The notes beneath the pieces were generated by a model, which was not told where the DNA came from, made no database searches, and saw only the letters and a program-made list of their open reading frames with translations. A program made the position numbers and the translations under genes. From assembly GCF_044704955.1 (NCBI RefSeq), contig NC_091995.1, positions 69,006,001-69,070,000 of the forward strand: 64,000 bases of DNA, in the 5' to 3' direction. The DNA is from Pristiophorus japonicus (taxonomy: Eukaryota). Positions 25,101-37,180 of the stretch are shown in pieces. The number at the start of each line of letters is the position of its first letter. Within the stretch, counting starts at the first letter, position 1.

Positions 25101-25990
25101 TACTCACTCGCTCATGGCACCGGGAGTAATCCGGAGATTACTACCTTTGAGGTCCTGCTTTTTAATCTCTCTCCTAGCTTCCTAAACTCTGCCTGCAGGA
25201 CCTCATCCCTCTCCCTACCTATGTCATTGGTACTGATATGGACCACGATCTCTGGCTGTTCACCCTCTCCCTCCAGAATTCCCTGTAGCCACTCGGTGAC
25301 ATCCTTGACCCTGGCACCAGGGAGGCAACATACCATCCTGGAATCACGTCTACGGCCGCAGAAACACCTGTCTGCTCCCCGACTATCGAATCCCCTACCA
25401 CTATAGCTCTTCCATTCTTCTTCCTCCCCCCTGTGCAGCTGAGCCATCCATGGTGCCTTGGACTTGACTCTGGCTGCAGTCCCCAGGGCCACATCGCCCC
25501 CACCGGTACTCTGAGTACCAGTTGGAGAGTGAGATGGACTCGGGACTCCTGCACTACCTGCCTGGTCCTCCTCTTCTGTCCACTGGTCACCCACTCCCTC
25601 TGCACACTCTTAAGCTGCGAGGTGACCACCTCTAGCAACATGCTATCCACGTAGCTCTCAGTCTCACTGCAGTGACTCCAGCCGCCGCTCAAGCTCCAAA
25701 TCACGGAGCTCGAGTTGGTGCAGCTGGAGACACCTCCTGCACACATGGCCGTCCTGGCTGCGTGAAGCGTCCGGGATTTCCCACATGGCACAAGATGTGC
25801 AATCCACAGGACTGAGCTGCCCTGGCATGCCTCGAGTTAATTGACTATAAACTAAACTATGAAATAAACTTAACACTTGAAGACAAAAAGCCCACTCACC
25901 AGCTACTCATCAATCAGCTCCTTCTCTTGTGCCGACGTCACTTTTGGTTTCTGACGTCGCTCCTGTGCTGAGTCGCTCCCGGTCCTCCGC
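19180..25990 (-). mobile_element. Near full-length decayed CR1 (5' UTR, ORF1 Cys-rich and SGNH domains, ORF2, 3' end), split by a nested CR1
   Basis: ORF1 CTSCAMWE..CRRC and VCCLPGARVKDV..VHISTND; host RT sequence resumes across the 19981/22909 junctions. Confidence 0.9.
19982..22908 (-). mobile_element. Nested CR1, near-complete ORF2, same subfamily as 7630-10640
   Basis: Tail gaaacatagaaacatagaaa; endonuclease and RT ORF pieces 20058..22935. Confidence 0.93.
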
Positions 25991-26181
25991 TCGCTGTCGC
26001 AGCTGCTGCCATCCACGCTATCTCTGTTCCTATGTTTCTATGTAGTTAGGGTGTGCTGAGGCCGCTTGTGCTGGCTGGCGTGTGTGAGAGTGCTGACTGG
26101 CTGGGCCGGTGTGTGTACTGACTGGTGAGTGGGTTGCTCCAGTCTGTGCCTTACTCTGTTTCTCACTACTCTCTCTCGCAG

Positions 26182-26385
26182 ATGCTGGGGCTTCCAATCA
26201 CAGAAGAGCAACTCCAGGAAATGGAGTCAAATCTCAACAACATCGATTTCAAGATGGCTGCTGAGGAGGAGAAGAAACTTCGTCATGATGTCATGGCCCA
26301 CGTACACACTTTCGCGCATTGCTGCCCAAACGCTGCCGCCATCATCCACCTCGGTGCCACCTCCTGCTACGTTGGGGACAACACG
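26182..26385 (+). CDS. ADSL: ADSL exon 2
   Basis: ctcgcag|[10 protein letters not shown]...[17 protein letters not shown]...[10 protein letters not shown]|gttaga. Confidence 0.97.
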
Positions 26386-26440
26386 GTTAGATGCTATAAG
26401 TTGTCACAGGACCGTTCTGTCCCGACTACTGTAAACACAA

Positions 26441-27390
26441 CAGGGGTGGGCAATTATTTCGGCAGGAGGGCCACTTAACCAATTTTAATGAGCTGTTGAG
26501 GATGGAACACCAATGTTCCCCTGCGGATGCACCAATCGCAAGGTCCCGCGCAGGCTGCTCACGGGAACAGATACTGCTCGTGTGCGGCCACACAGCAAAT
26601 TAAAGGGACTGTGCACAAAAACCACAACGTTGCTGTGCAGAAAATGACATTTATTGTGTAAAGGCCCCTTCATGTGGTTTCCACGCATTATACAAATAAC
26701 AACACTTATTAACAGGCCAACGAAATATGGTGCAGGTTTACGAGTCACATTGAAAAGTGCACGGTCTGTTTATTGCAAATGGTATCAATTAATTCTTATA
26801 GTGGAAAATGAGAGATCGACTCTGTTTCCACTGGCAATTATAAACCAGTATAAGGCACAATAATTTACCAACCTTTAAAAATTGTACCTGGAAGTGCTAC
26901 TTTGCCTTTGAAACCGTGCAGAGAGATGACTCGGAAACAATTGCACCCCAGGTCATTCGTCAGATTGGGCTTGTTCATTGTCACCGTGCTGTCACTCCTG
27001 AGAGAGGCCAACACACCTATCGAGTTTGAGGACTTTCACTTGAGAATGAGCACAAGTAATGCACTGTATTAATACACATTTCTTTCTCGAGTGCTATTAC
27101 TGGGGCTGGCTCACGACATAAATTTCTACAACCCTCTTCCAGTCATGGCAATAAACTTAATTGTTCATGGTACGGGTAAAACTGCCTTAAATAAAAACAG
27201 TGAATGCAATGTCCAGTAAACCCGGGTCCATTGAGTTATGCCTCCACTATTGCTAATTAAGTGGGATAATATTAAAACGAGTGCACAATTAACAGTGATT
27301 GGTGAGCAAAGTGTTAAGTTGCTGCATTTGAAACCGGCAAATTCAGTGTTGATCATCACTCCCACTTTTACCCTCCCAATAATTTATAAA
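26441..27390. mobile_element. Possible hAT-like DNA transposon relic
   Basis: Starts CAGGGGTGGGCAA, resembling hAT termini; no matching second terminus found and the right end is arbitrary. Confidence 0.25.
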
Positions 27391-27414
27391 CATAAATTCA
27401 CATTGTCATCAGAT

Positions 27415-27935
27415 ACTATCCTAAATGGAAGGAGGACATTCGGCCCGTCGAGCCTGTGCCGGCTCTCTGCAGGAGCACCTCAGCCAGTCCCACTCCCCCA
27501 CCCTTTCCCCGGAGCCCTGCAAAGTTTTTCCCTTCAAGTACTTCTCCAATCCCCTTTTGAAAGCTGTGATTGAGTCTGCCTCCACCACCCTTTGAGGACA
27601 TGCATTCCAGATCCTGACCACGAACTGCGTTTAAAAAAAAAAGTTTTCCCTAATGTCGCCTTTGGTTCTTCTTAAATCTGTGTCCTTTAGTTCCCGACCC
27701 TTCCGCCAATGAGAACACTTTCTATCTACTCTGTCCAGACCCCTCATGATTTTGAACACCTCTATCAAATCTCCTCTCAACCTTCTCTGCTCTAAGGAGA
27801 ACAACTCCAGCTTCTCCAGTCTATCCACGTAACTGAAGTCCCTGATCCCTGGAATCATTCTCGTAAAGCTTTTCTGCATCCTCTCCAAGGCCTTCACATC
27901 CTTCCTAAAGTGCGGTGCCCAGAACTGGACACAAA
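27415..27935 (-). mobile_element. CR1 3' fragment
   Basis: ORF 27631..27897 LFSLEQRRLRGDLIEVFKIM. Confidence 0.85.
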
Positions 27936-28282
27936 ATGTAGTGTGAAATAGTAAAATCTTCCGTTACTAAATGAATGAAATGATTGATCAATTATATGTT
28001 GCACTGAAAGTCGACATGGTTGATTGGACGAGCAGCTCGAGACTGCGGTGCTTCTGACATGGTGGGTGTTCTCACGGGAGCCCGAGGCGTTGCAAGGGCT
28101 GAACGACAATCAGTGCCATTACCTGGAGTTCTTGTACTTTGGGATCCATTGCCGTGTCTCAGATAATGATGAGAACCCCCTCACCTCTCCGCCGTCATAC
28201 TCTGGATACCTGGAGAGGAAAGGTGCAGCGACAGTCTCTCTCCAGTAAAACAGTCATCGAGATGGGCAGTCATGACTCGTCG

Positions 28283-28485
28283 GATTAGATACAGAGTAAA
28301 GCTCCCTCTACACTGTCCCATCAAACACGCCCAGGGCAGGTACAGCATGGGTTAGATACAGAGTAAAGCTCCCTCTACACTGTCCCATCAAACACTCCCA
28401 GGGCAGGTACAGCACGGGGTTAGATATAGAGTAAAGCTCCCTCTACACTGTCCCATTAAACACTCCCAGGGCAGGTACAGCACGG
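28283..28485 (-). repeat. ~67-bp satellite, ~3 copies, inverted relative to 14853-15517
   Basis: ttagatacagagtaaagctccctctacactgtcccatcaaacac repeated. Confidence 0.9.
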
Positions 28486-28917
28486 TCTCTGCCAATAGTC
28501 TGGTCTGGTTTTGAACCCAGGTCTCAGTGATGAAAGGCTATGTGAGAACAGGACCCAGACCTGTGACAGACTCTGACTTGATAGGTCCTACAAACCTTGG
28601 TTGTGTCTCAGTGGAGGCCTGGGCCACGTGCTGACACACGTCCTTTGCACTGTGTTGTGTGTGTAATGGAGTGCTTGCAGCTGATCATTCTGTGCTGGCT
28701 GCTGAGTATTGCTGTATTAGCTCTAAATATAAAGTGTCCTTGCTCTTCCCCAGCTGGTGCCTGAGTGTGAGCTCTACACACTCTTTCCCCCTCCCCCAAA
28801 CCATTGTCCGTGTCCCGGTGTATGCGTCACCTCCTCCCCCAGTGTGTGTCCCTGTCTCTCCATGACCTCCCTCGTATTTGTTTCTGTCGTAATTGTTTCT
28901 CTTTCTCCCCCCCACAG

Positions 28918-28962
28918 GATTTGATCGTTCTTCGTGATGGTTTCGACATCCTCCTGCCGAAG
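28918..28962 (+). CDS. ADSL: ADSL exon 3
   Basis: cccacag|DLIVLRDGFDILLPK|gtgagg. Confidence 0.95.
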
Positions 28963-29052
28963 GTGAGGCTGTTTACCTGCTGATTGCTGCACTTCCTCAG
29001 TTGCTGCGTGTGAGTTGCTTTGACTGATCGTTTTCCATTCCCTCTACTGCAG

Positions 29053-29132
29053 TTAGCTCGAGTCATCAGCCGCCTGATGGACTTCGCCCAGCAACACGCA
29101 GACCTGCCAACGCTCGGCTTCACCCACTACCA
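29053..29132 (+). CDS. ADSL: ADSL exon 4 (contains the catalytic His of the GFTH motif)
   Basis: ctgcag|[28 protein letters not shown]|gtaagt. Confidence 0.96.
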
Positions 29133-29414
29133 GTAAGTGGCATTTCACAGGGCACACATACCTTTCCCAGCCGTTAGAATCTCCCCCTGTCACTAATAAG
29201 ATTTAAGTATTCTTCCACTACTTTTACACATGCTCAGAGCAAAGGACTGTCCCTGCCTCTCCGACCCCCTGCCCCTCCCTCTCTCCACTTCCCCCTCTCC
29301 ACCCCCCCTCCCATTGCCACCAAGTGTGGTCTCACCAAAGCCCTGCATAATTGCAGCAAGACTTCCTGACTCTTGAACTACAACCCCCTAACCATAAAGG
29401 TTATCATAGCGTTT

Positions 29415-29955
29415 GCCTTTGGTGGTGGTGGTGGATGGGGACTGGTTGGGCCTCTGCTCGAGGAAGAAGTGAAGCGCCCTCAGGCCATCCTGGTAGGGGA
29501 TGGAAGTGTAGAGGAATTGGACATCCAGTGAAAAGGAGACGGTTGGGGCCGGGAAACTGAAAACTATTAAAGTGGCGGAGGAGTCATGGCTGTAGGTGGG
29601 AAGAGACTTGGAGAGGGGAGAAAAAATAGAGTTGAGATAGGAAGAACTCAGTTCCATGGGGCAAGAACAGGCTGAAACGATGGGTTTACCGGGGCAGTCC
29701 TGTTTGTGGATCTTGGGAAGGAGGTAGAAGCGGGCTGTGCGGGATTGGGGAACTATGAGATTGGCAGCTGTGGAGGGAAGATCTACAGAGGAGATGAGGT
29801 TAGTGACAGTCTGGGAAACGATGGTTTGATGTTCAGTGCTGGGGTCGTGATCTAGGAGGAGGTGTCAGAGAGTTAGCGATCAGTCTCTGCAAGGTAGAGG
29901 TTGGTTCGGCAAACAACAACGCCACCCTTGTCAGCAGGTTTGATGACAAGGTTGG
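29415..29955 (-). mobile_element. Penelope-like element RT fragment
   Basis: Minus strand gives RFYLLPKIHKQDCPGKPIVSACSCP and LDVQFLYTSIP, typical of Penelope-like RT. Confidence 0.8.
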
Positions 29956-30129
29956 GTGAGCCGGCTTTTAATTAGACAAACGGTGCCTGCGTGGATTAAA
30001 GAGGCCACGCGGGCCCAAAAAATAACTGAGAGCGAACATTGTACCCCAGTGCTTTTTCCATTTTGCCTCATCAAAAAGTCAAGTACCCTGGAATATTTAG
30101 ATCCCAACCTTGGTCACCCTGCCACCATG

Positions 30130-31098
30130 TCTCAGTCCTATTTCTCATCTGCATGTTGCCCCTTTGGCGACATCATCCAAAAACATGCAGTCACTTTCCA
30201 CATGTACGCTGATGACACCCAGCTCCACCTCACCACCACTTTTTTCGACCCCTCCACGGTCTCTCAATGGTCAGACTGCTTGTCCGACATCCAGTTCTGG
30301 AGGAGCAGAAATTTTCTCCAGTTAAATATTGGGAAGACCGAAGACATTGTTTTCGGTCCCCGCCACAAACTTCGTTCCCTCACCACTGACTCCGTCCCTC
30401 TTCCCAACTCCTGTCTGAGGCTGAACCAGACTGTTCGCAACCTTGGTGTCATATTTGACCCTGAAATAAGCTTTCAACCACATATCCACAGAATAACTAA
30501 GACCGATATTTCCACCTCCATAACATCGACCGTCGCCGCCTCTGCCTCAGCTCATCTGCTGCTGAAACCCTCATCCGTGCCTTTGTTACCTCAACTTGAC
30601 TACTCCAACGCACTCCTGGCTGGCCTCCCACATTCTACCCTCCGTAAACGAGAAGTGATCCAAAACTTAGTTGCCCATGTCCTAACCCGCACCAAGTCCC
30701 ACTCACCCATCACCCCTGTGCGACTTACATTAGCTTCCGGTTAAGCAACACCTCGATTTCAAATCTCTCCATGGCCTCAACCCTCCCTATCTCTCTAATC
30801 TCCTCCATCCCCACAACCCTCCCTCCCGCCCCCCCCCCACCCCCGAGATGTCTGCTCTAATTCTTCCCTTTAAGCATTCCTGATTTTAGCCATTGGTGGC
30901 CGTGCCTTCTGTTGCCTAGGCCCCAAGCTCTGAAATTCCCTGCCTAAACCTCTCCACCTCTCTTTCCTCCTTCAACTTTTGGTCACCTGCGCTCATTTCT
31001 ACTTGTGGTCCAGTGTCAAATTTTTTATCTTACAATACTTCTGTGAAGCACCTTGGAACGTTTCACAATGTTAAAGGCGCTATATAAATACAAGTTGT
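30130..31098 (+). mobile_element. L2-clade LINE 3' fragment
   Basis: FHMYADDTQL..LQLNIGKTE..RNLGVIFD..LDYSNALL; tail aaaggcgctatataaatacaag. Confidence 0.85.
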
Positions 31099-31149
31099 CG
31101 TAATGGCTACTAGATCAAACCCATTTTTTTCCATTTGTGCCATTAATTC

Positions 31150-32480
31150 TGATGGGATTGGACAGGTTAGATGCAGGAAGAATGTTCCTGCATCATTTGG
31201 AAAGCAGTGACAGGATCGGTCCAAGTCAGCATGGATTTATGAAAGGGAAATCATGCTTGACAAATCTTCTGGAATTTTTTGAGGGTGTAACTAGTAGAGT
31301 GGACTAGGGAGAACCAGTGGATGTGGTGTATTTGGACTTTCAAAAGGCTTTTGACAAGGTCCCGCACAAGAGATTGGTGTGCAAAATCAAAGCGCGTGGT
31401 ATTGGGGGTAATATACTGACGTGGATAGAGAACTGGTTGGCAGACAGGAAGCAGAGAGTCGGGATAAACAGGTCCTTTTCAGAATGGCAGGCAGTGACTA
31501 GTGGAGTGCCGCAGGGCTCAGTGCTGGGACCCCAGTTCTTTTCAATATAGATTAACCATTTCGATAAAGGAATTGAGTGTAATATCTCCAAGTTTGCAGA
31601 TGACACTAAACTGGGTGGCGGTGTGAGCTGTGAGGAGGATGCTAAGAGGCTGCAAGGTGACTTGGATAGGTTAGGTGAATGGGCAAATGCATGGCAGATG
31701 CAGTACAATGTGGATAAATGTGAGGTTATCCATTTTGGGGGCAAAAACACGAAGGCAGAATATTATCTGAATGGCGGCAGATTAGGAAAAGGGGAGGTGC
31801 AACGAGACCTGAGTGTCATGGTTCATCAGTCATTGAAAGTTGGCATGCAGGTACAGCAGGCGGTGAAGAAGGCAAATGGTATGTTGGCCTTCATAGCTAG
31901 GGAATTTGAGTATAGGAGCAGGGAGGTCTTACTACAGTTGTACAGGGTCTTAGTGAGGCCTCACCTGGAATATTGTGTTCAGTTTTGGTCTAATCTGAGG
32001 AAGGATGTTCTTGCTATTGAGGGAGTGCAGCGAAGGTTCACCAGACTGATTCCCGGGATAGCTGGACTGTCATATGAGGAGAGACTGGATCAACTGTGCC
32101 TTTATTCACTGGCGTTTAGAAGGATGAGAGGGGATCTCATAGAAACATATAAGATTCTGACAGGACTGGACAGGTTAGATGTGGGAAGAATGTTCAGGAC
32201 TAGTCTTAGGATAAGGGGTAGGCCATTTAGGACTGAGATGAGGAGAAACTTCTTCACTCAGAGTTGTGGAATTCCCTGCCCCAGAGAGTTGTTGATGCCA
32301 GTTTATTGGATATATTCAAGAGGGAGTTGGATATGGCCCTTACGGCTAAAGGGATCGAGTGGTATGGAGAGAAAGCAGGAAAGGGGTACTGAGGGACTGA
32401 TCAGCCATGATCTTATTGAATGGCGGTGAGGGCTCACAGGGCCGAATGCCCTACTCCTGCATCTATTTTCTATGTTTCTG
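31150..32480 (+). mobile_element. CR1 RT and 3' end, same subfamily as 19982-22908
   Basis: ORFs 31317..31550 and 31623..32429. Confidence 0.92.
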
Positions 32481-33250
32481 TCTTGTTACCGATACTTTGT
32501 TCATTCAGATATAGTATTTTTAATTTGATCTTTTTACTATTTTGCACCGATGTGGCCTTGGTTGCCAGTGTCTGATTACCGTTGTTAAACTCTGTCCCTT
32601 CCTGACACAGTCTGTTTCATTTTACCCAAATCGCTACTCTGCTCTACAGCTGTGACTTTTTTCTTTAGACATATACATTTACCCTTGCCTGAACCCTTCC
32701 TCCTCCTTTTTAGTTTAAAGCCCTATCTGCCACCCTAGTTATTTGATTCGCCAGAACATTGGTCCCAGCGCCGATTAAGTGGAGTCAATCCCAACGGAAC
32801 AGCTCCCTCTTTCCCCAGTACTGGTGCCTGTGCCCCATGAACTGAAACTACTGCCTCCCACATGCATTGAAATCTCTAATCTGTTTGTCCCTATGCTTAT
32901 TTGCATATGGCTCAGTTAGTAATCCAGAGATTCTTATTTTGAGGTTCTGCTTTTTAATTGGTACACTAGCTCGCCAGACTCCCTCGGCACAACTTCATTC
33001 CTGGTTCTACCTATGCTGTTGGTTCCTACATTGACCATGACAACTGGATCCTCCCCCTTCTCCAGTAGCGAGGAGTGGTCCTTAACCCGGTCACACTAAG
33101 CTGCACGTCCACGCAGCCGCCTGGAGGTGGGACTGGCTTCTCAAATGGCAGATTAGGGGGAACATTGCGGACAGGCAACACCGCTTTCAGGACACCCGGT
33201 CGTGGCTGCAGAGAAACAATATCCACCTGACGATACTATTGCCGACTGCA
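32480..33250 (-). mobile_element. Old CR1 ORF1/ORF2-junction remnant (other pieces at ~30084-30130 and ~31100-31150)
   Basis: Similar to the ORF1 regions at ~6900 and ~25130 (agtaatccagagatt..tttgaggttctgctttttaat). Confidence 0.6.
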
Positions 33251-33416
33251 TCCCTCTCTCCACCCCCCCCCCAGTCTCGGAGCGCGAATGCCGTGGTCAG
33301 TTTGCCCATCCTCCCGGCAATCTTCATTCTCATCCACACCATTAGCAAGTAACGTTCCCTCTGGCCGCGCAACCCAGAGGTTTTGCGCATGCCACGCACC
33401 CAACAAAAATGAGGGG

Positions 33417-36400
33417 GAACATAAGAACATAAGAAATAGGAGCAGGAGTCGGTCATACGGCCCCTCGAGCCTGCTCCGCCATTCAGTAAGATCATGGCTG
33501 ATCTGATCATGGACTCAGCTCCACTTCCCCGCCCGCTCTCCATAACCCCTTATCCCCTTATTGTTTAAGAAACTGTCGATTTCTGTCTTAAATATATTCA
33601 AAGACCCAGCTTCCACAGCTCTCTGAGGCAGCGAATTCCACAGATTTACAACCCTCGAAGAAATTCCTCATCATCTCAGTTTTAAATCGGCAGCCCCTTA
33701 TTCTAAGATTATGCCCCTAGTTCTAGTCTCCCCCATCAGTGGAAACATCCTCTCTGCATCCACCTTGTCAAGCCCCCTCATAATCTTATATGTTTCGATA
33801 AGATCACCTCTCATTCTTCTGAATTCCAATGAGTAGAGGCCCAGTCGTAAATATGGAAAGCAAAACTGCATGCAGTATTCCAGGTGTGGCCTCACCAATA
33901 CCCTGTGAGGAAGCAAGACTTCCCTGCTTTTATACTCCATCCCCTTTGCAATAAAGGCCAAGATACCATTGGCCTTCCTGATCACTTGCTGTACCTGCAT
34001 ACTAACCTTTTACATAAGAACATAAGAATTAGGAACAGGAGTAGGCCATCTAGCCCCTCGAGCTTGCTCCGCCATTCAATAAGATCATGGCTCATCTGGC
34101 CGTGGACTCAGCTCCACTTACCCGCCCGCTCCCCATAACCCTTAATTCCCTTATTGGTTAAACATCTATCTATCTGTGATTTGAATATATTCAATGAGCT
34201 AGCCTCAACTGCTTCCTTGGGCAGAGAATTCCACAGATTCACAACCCTCTGGGAGAAGCAATTCCTTCTCAACTCGGTTTTAAATTGGCTCCCCCGTATT
34301 TTGAGGCTGTGCCCCCTAGTTCTAGTCTCCCCGACCAGTGGAAACAACCTCTCTGCCTCTACCTTGTCTATCCCTTTCATTATTTTGAATGTTTCTATAA
34401 GATCACCCCTCATCCTTCTGAACTCCAACGAGTAAAGACCCAGTCTACTCAATCTATCATCATAACATAACACCCTCATCTCCGGAATCAGCCTAGTGAA
34501 TCGTCTCTGTACCCCCTCCAAAGCTAGTATATCCTTTCTTAAGTAAGGTGACCAAAACTGCATGCAGTACTCCAGGTGCGGCCTCACCAATACCCTGTAC
34601 AGTTGCAGCAGGATCTCCCTGCTTTTGTACTCCATCCCTGTCGCAATGAAGGCCAACATTCCATTCGCCTTCCTGATTACCTGCTGCACCTGCAAACTAA
34701 CTTTTTGGGATTCATGCACAAGGACCCCCAGGTCCCTCTGCACCGCAGCATGTTGTAATTTCTCCCCATTCAAATAATCCTTTTACTGTTTTTTTTTCCC
34801 CGGGTGGATGACCTCACATTTTCCGACATTGTATTCCATCTGCCAAACCTTAGCCCATTCGATTAACCTATCTAAATTTCTTTGCAGCCTCTCTGTGTCC
34901 TCTACACAACCCGCTTTCCCACTAATCTTTGTGTCATCTGCAAATTTTGTTACACTACACTCTGTCCCCTCTTCCAGGCCATCTATGTATATTGTAAACA
35001 GTCGTGGTCCCAGCACCGATCCCTGTGGCACACCACTAACCACCGATTTCCAACCCGAAAAGGACCCATTTATCCCAACTTTCTGCTTTGTGTTAGCCAG
35101 CCAATTCTCGATCCATGCTAACACATTTCCTCTGACTCCGCGTACCTTTATCTTCTGCAGTGACCTTTTGTGTGGCACCTTATCGAATGCCTTTTGGAAA
35201 TCTAGATGCACCATATCCATCGGTACACCTCTATCCACCGTGCTCGTTATATCCTCACAGAATTCCAGTAAATTAGTTAAGCATGATTTCCCCTTCATGA
35301 ATCCATGTTGCGTCTGCTTGATTGCACTATTCCTATCTAGATGTCTCGCTATTTCTTCCTTAATGATAGCTTCAAGCATTTTCCCACTACAGATGTTAAA
35401 CTAACCGGCCTATAGTTACCTGCCTTTTGTCTGCCCCCTTTTTTAAACAGGCGTTACATTAGCTGCTTTCCAATCCGCTGGTACCTCCCCAGAGTCCAGA
35501 GAATTTTGGTAGATTATAATGAATGCATCTGCTATAACTTCCGTCATCTCTTTCAATATCCTGGGATGCATTTCATCAGGACCGGGGACTTGTCTACCTT
35601 GAGTCCCATTAGCCTGTCCAGCACTACCCCCCTAGAGATGGTGATTGTCTCAAGGTCCTCCCTTCCCACATTCCCGTGACCAGCAATTTTTGGCATGGTT
35701 TTTGTGTCTTCCAATGTGAAGACCGAAGCAAAATAATTGTTTAAGGTCTCAGTCTGGGGGTACTTGTGTTTCATGCACAAGTACCCCCAGGTTCCGCTGT
35801 ACTGCTGCACTTGGCAATCTTTCTTCATTTAAATAATAACTTGCTCTTTGATTTTTTTCTGCCAAAGTGCATGACCTCACACTTTCCAACATTATACTGC
35901 ATCTGCCAAATTTTTGCCCACTCACTTAGCCTGTCTATGTCCTGCATATTTTTTGTGTCCTCCTCACACATTGCTTTTCCTCGCATCTTTGTATCGTCAG
36001 CAAACTTGGCTATGTTACACTCTGTCCTTTCTTCCAAGTTAATATAGATTGTCAATAGTTGGGGTCCCAGCACTGATCCCTGCGGCACCCCACTAGTTAC
36101 TCGTTGCCAACCCGAGAATTACCATTTATCCCGACTCTCTGTTTTCTGTTAGTTAGCCAATCCTCTATCCATGCTAATATATTACCCCCAGCCCCGAGAA
36201 CTTATATCTTGTGCAGTAGCCTTTTATGTGGCACCTTGTCCAAATACACCACATCCACTGGTTCCCCTTTATCCACCCTGTTCGTTACATCCTCAAAGAA
36301 CTCTGGCAAATTTGTCAAACATGACTTCCCCTTCATAACTCCATGCTGACTCTGCCTGACTGAATTTTGCTTTTCCAAATGTCCCGCTCCTGTTTCTTTA

Positions 36401-36447
36401 ATAATGGACTCCCAACATTTTCCCAACCACAGATGTTAGGCTAACTG
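33417..36447 (-). mobile_element. CR1 RT and 3' end with a second CR1 nested at ~34013-35752
   Basis: Two cataagaa-type tails (33420, 34013); host resumes tgtgtttcatgcacaagtacc at ~35765. Confidence 0.9.
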
Positions 36448-36549
36448 GAAGATAGTCAGTAAGTACCTGGTACCTGTTGGACAGTGGCACAGGCTGAGGC
36501 TCTTGCACCACTGCAACCGTGTGAGTCACAGTCACATCCTCCCATCCCT

Positions 36550-37180
36550 GAATGGTTACAGCACAGAACGAGGCCATTCGGCCCGTCGAGACCATTTCAG
36601 CTAGTCATACTCTCCGTCCTTTCCCTGTAGCCCAGCAAATATTTCTCATTCGGGTACTGATCCAATTCCCTTTTGAAAGCGACGACTGAGTCTGCCTCCC
36701 CCTTTCAGGCCGTGCATTCCAGACCCTGACCACTCGCTGCGTAAAAAGGTTTTTTCTTGCGTCGTCTTTGGTTCTTCTGCCAATCACCTTAAATCTGTGT
36801 CCTCTGGTTCTCGACCCTTCCGCCAATGGGAACAGTTTCTCTCTATCTACTCTGTCCAGGCCCCTCATATTTTGAACACCTCGATCCAATCTCAACCTTC
36901 ACTGCTTGAAGGAGAACAACTCCAGCTTCTGCAGTCTATCCACATAACTGAAGTCCCTCATCCCTGGAATCATTCTCGTAAAGCTTTTCTGCACCCTCTC
37001 TAAGGCCTTCACATCCTTCCTAAAGTGCGGTGGCCAGAATTGGACACAATCCTCCAGTTGAGGCTGAACTAATGTTTTATAAAGGCGCCATCTTCAACAA
37101 TTTGTGCACCTATCCCTTTAGAATTGTAGCCTTCAGTTTATATTGCCTCTCCTCATGCTTCCTACCAAAATGAATCACGA
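36550..37180 (-). mobile_element. CR1 3' fragment
   Basis: ORF 36605..36895 SRTRGHRFK..FTQRVVRVWN. Confidence 0.8.
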
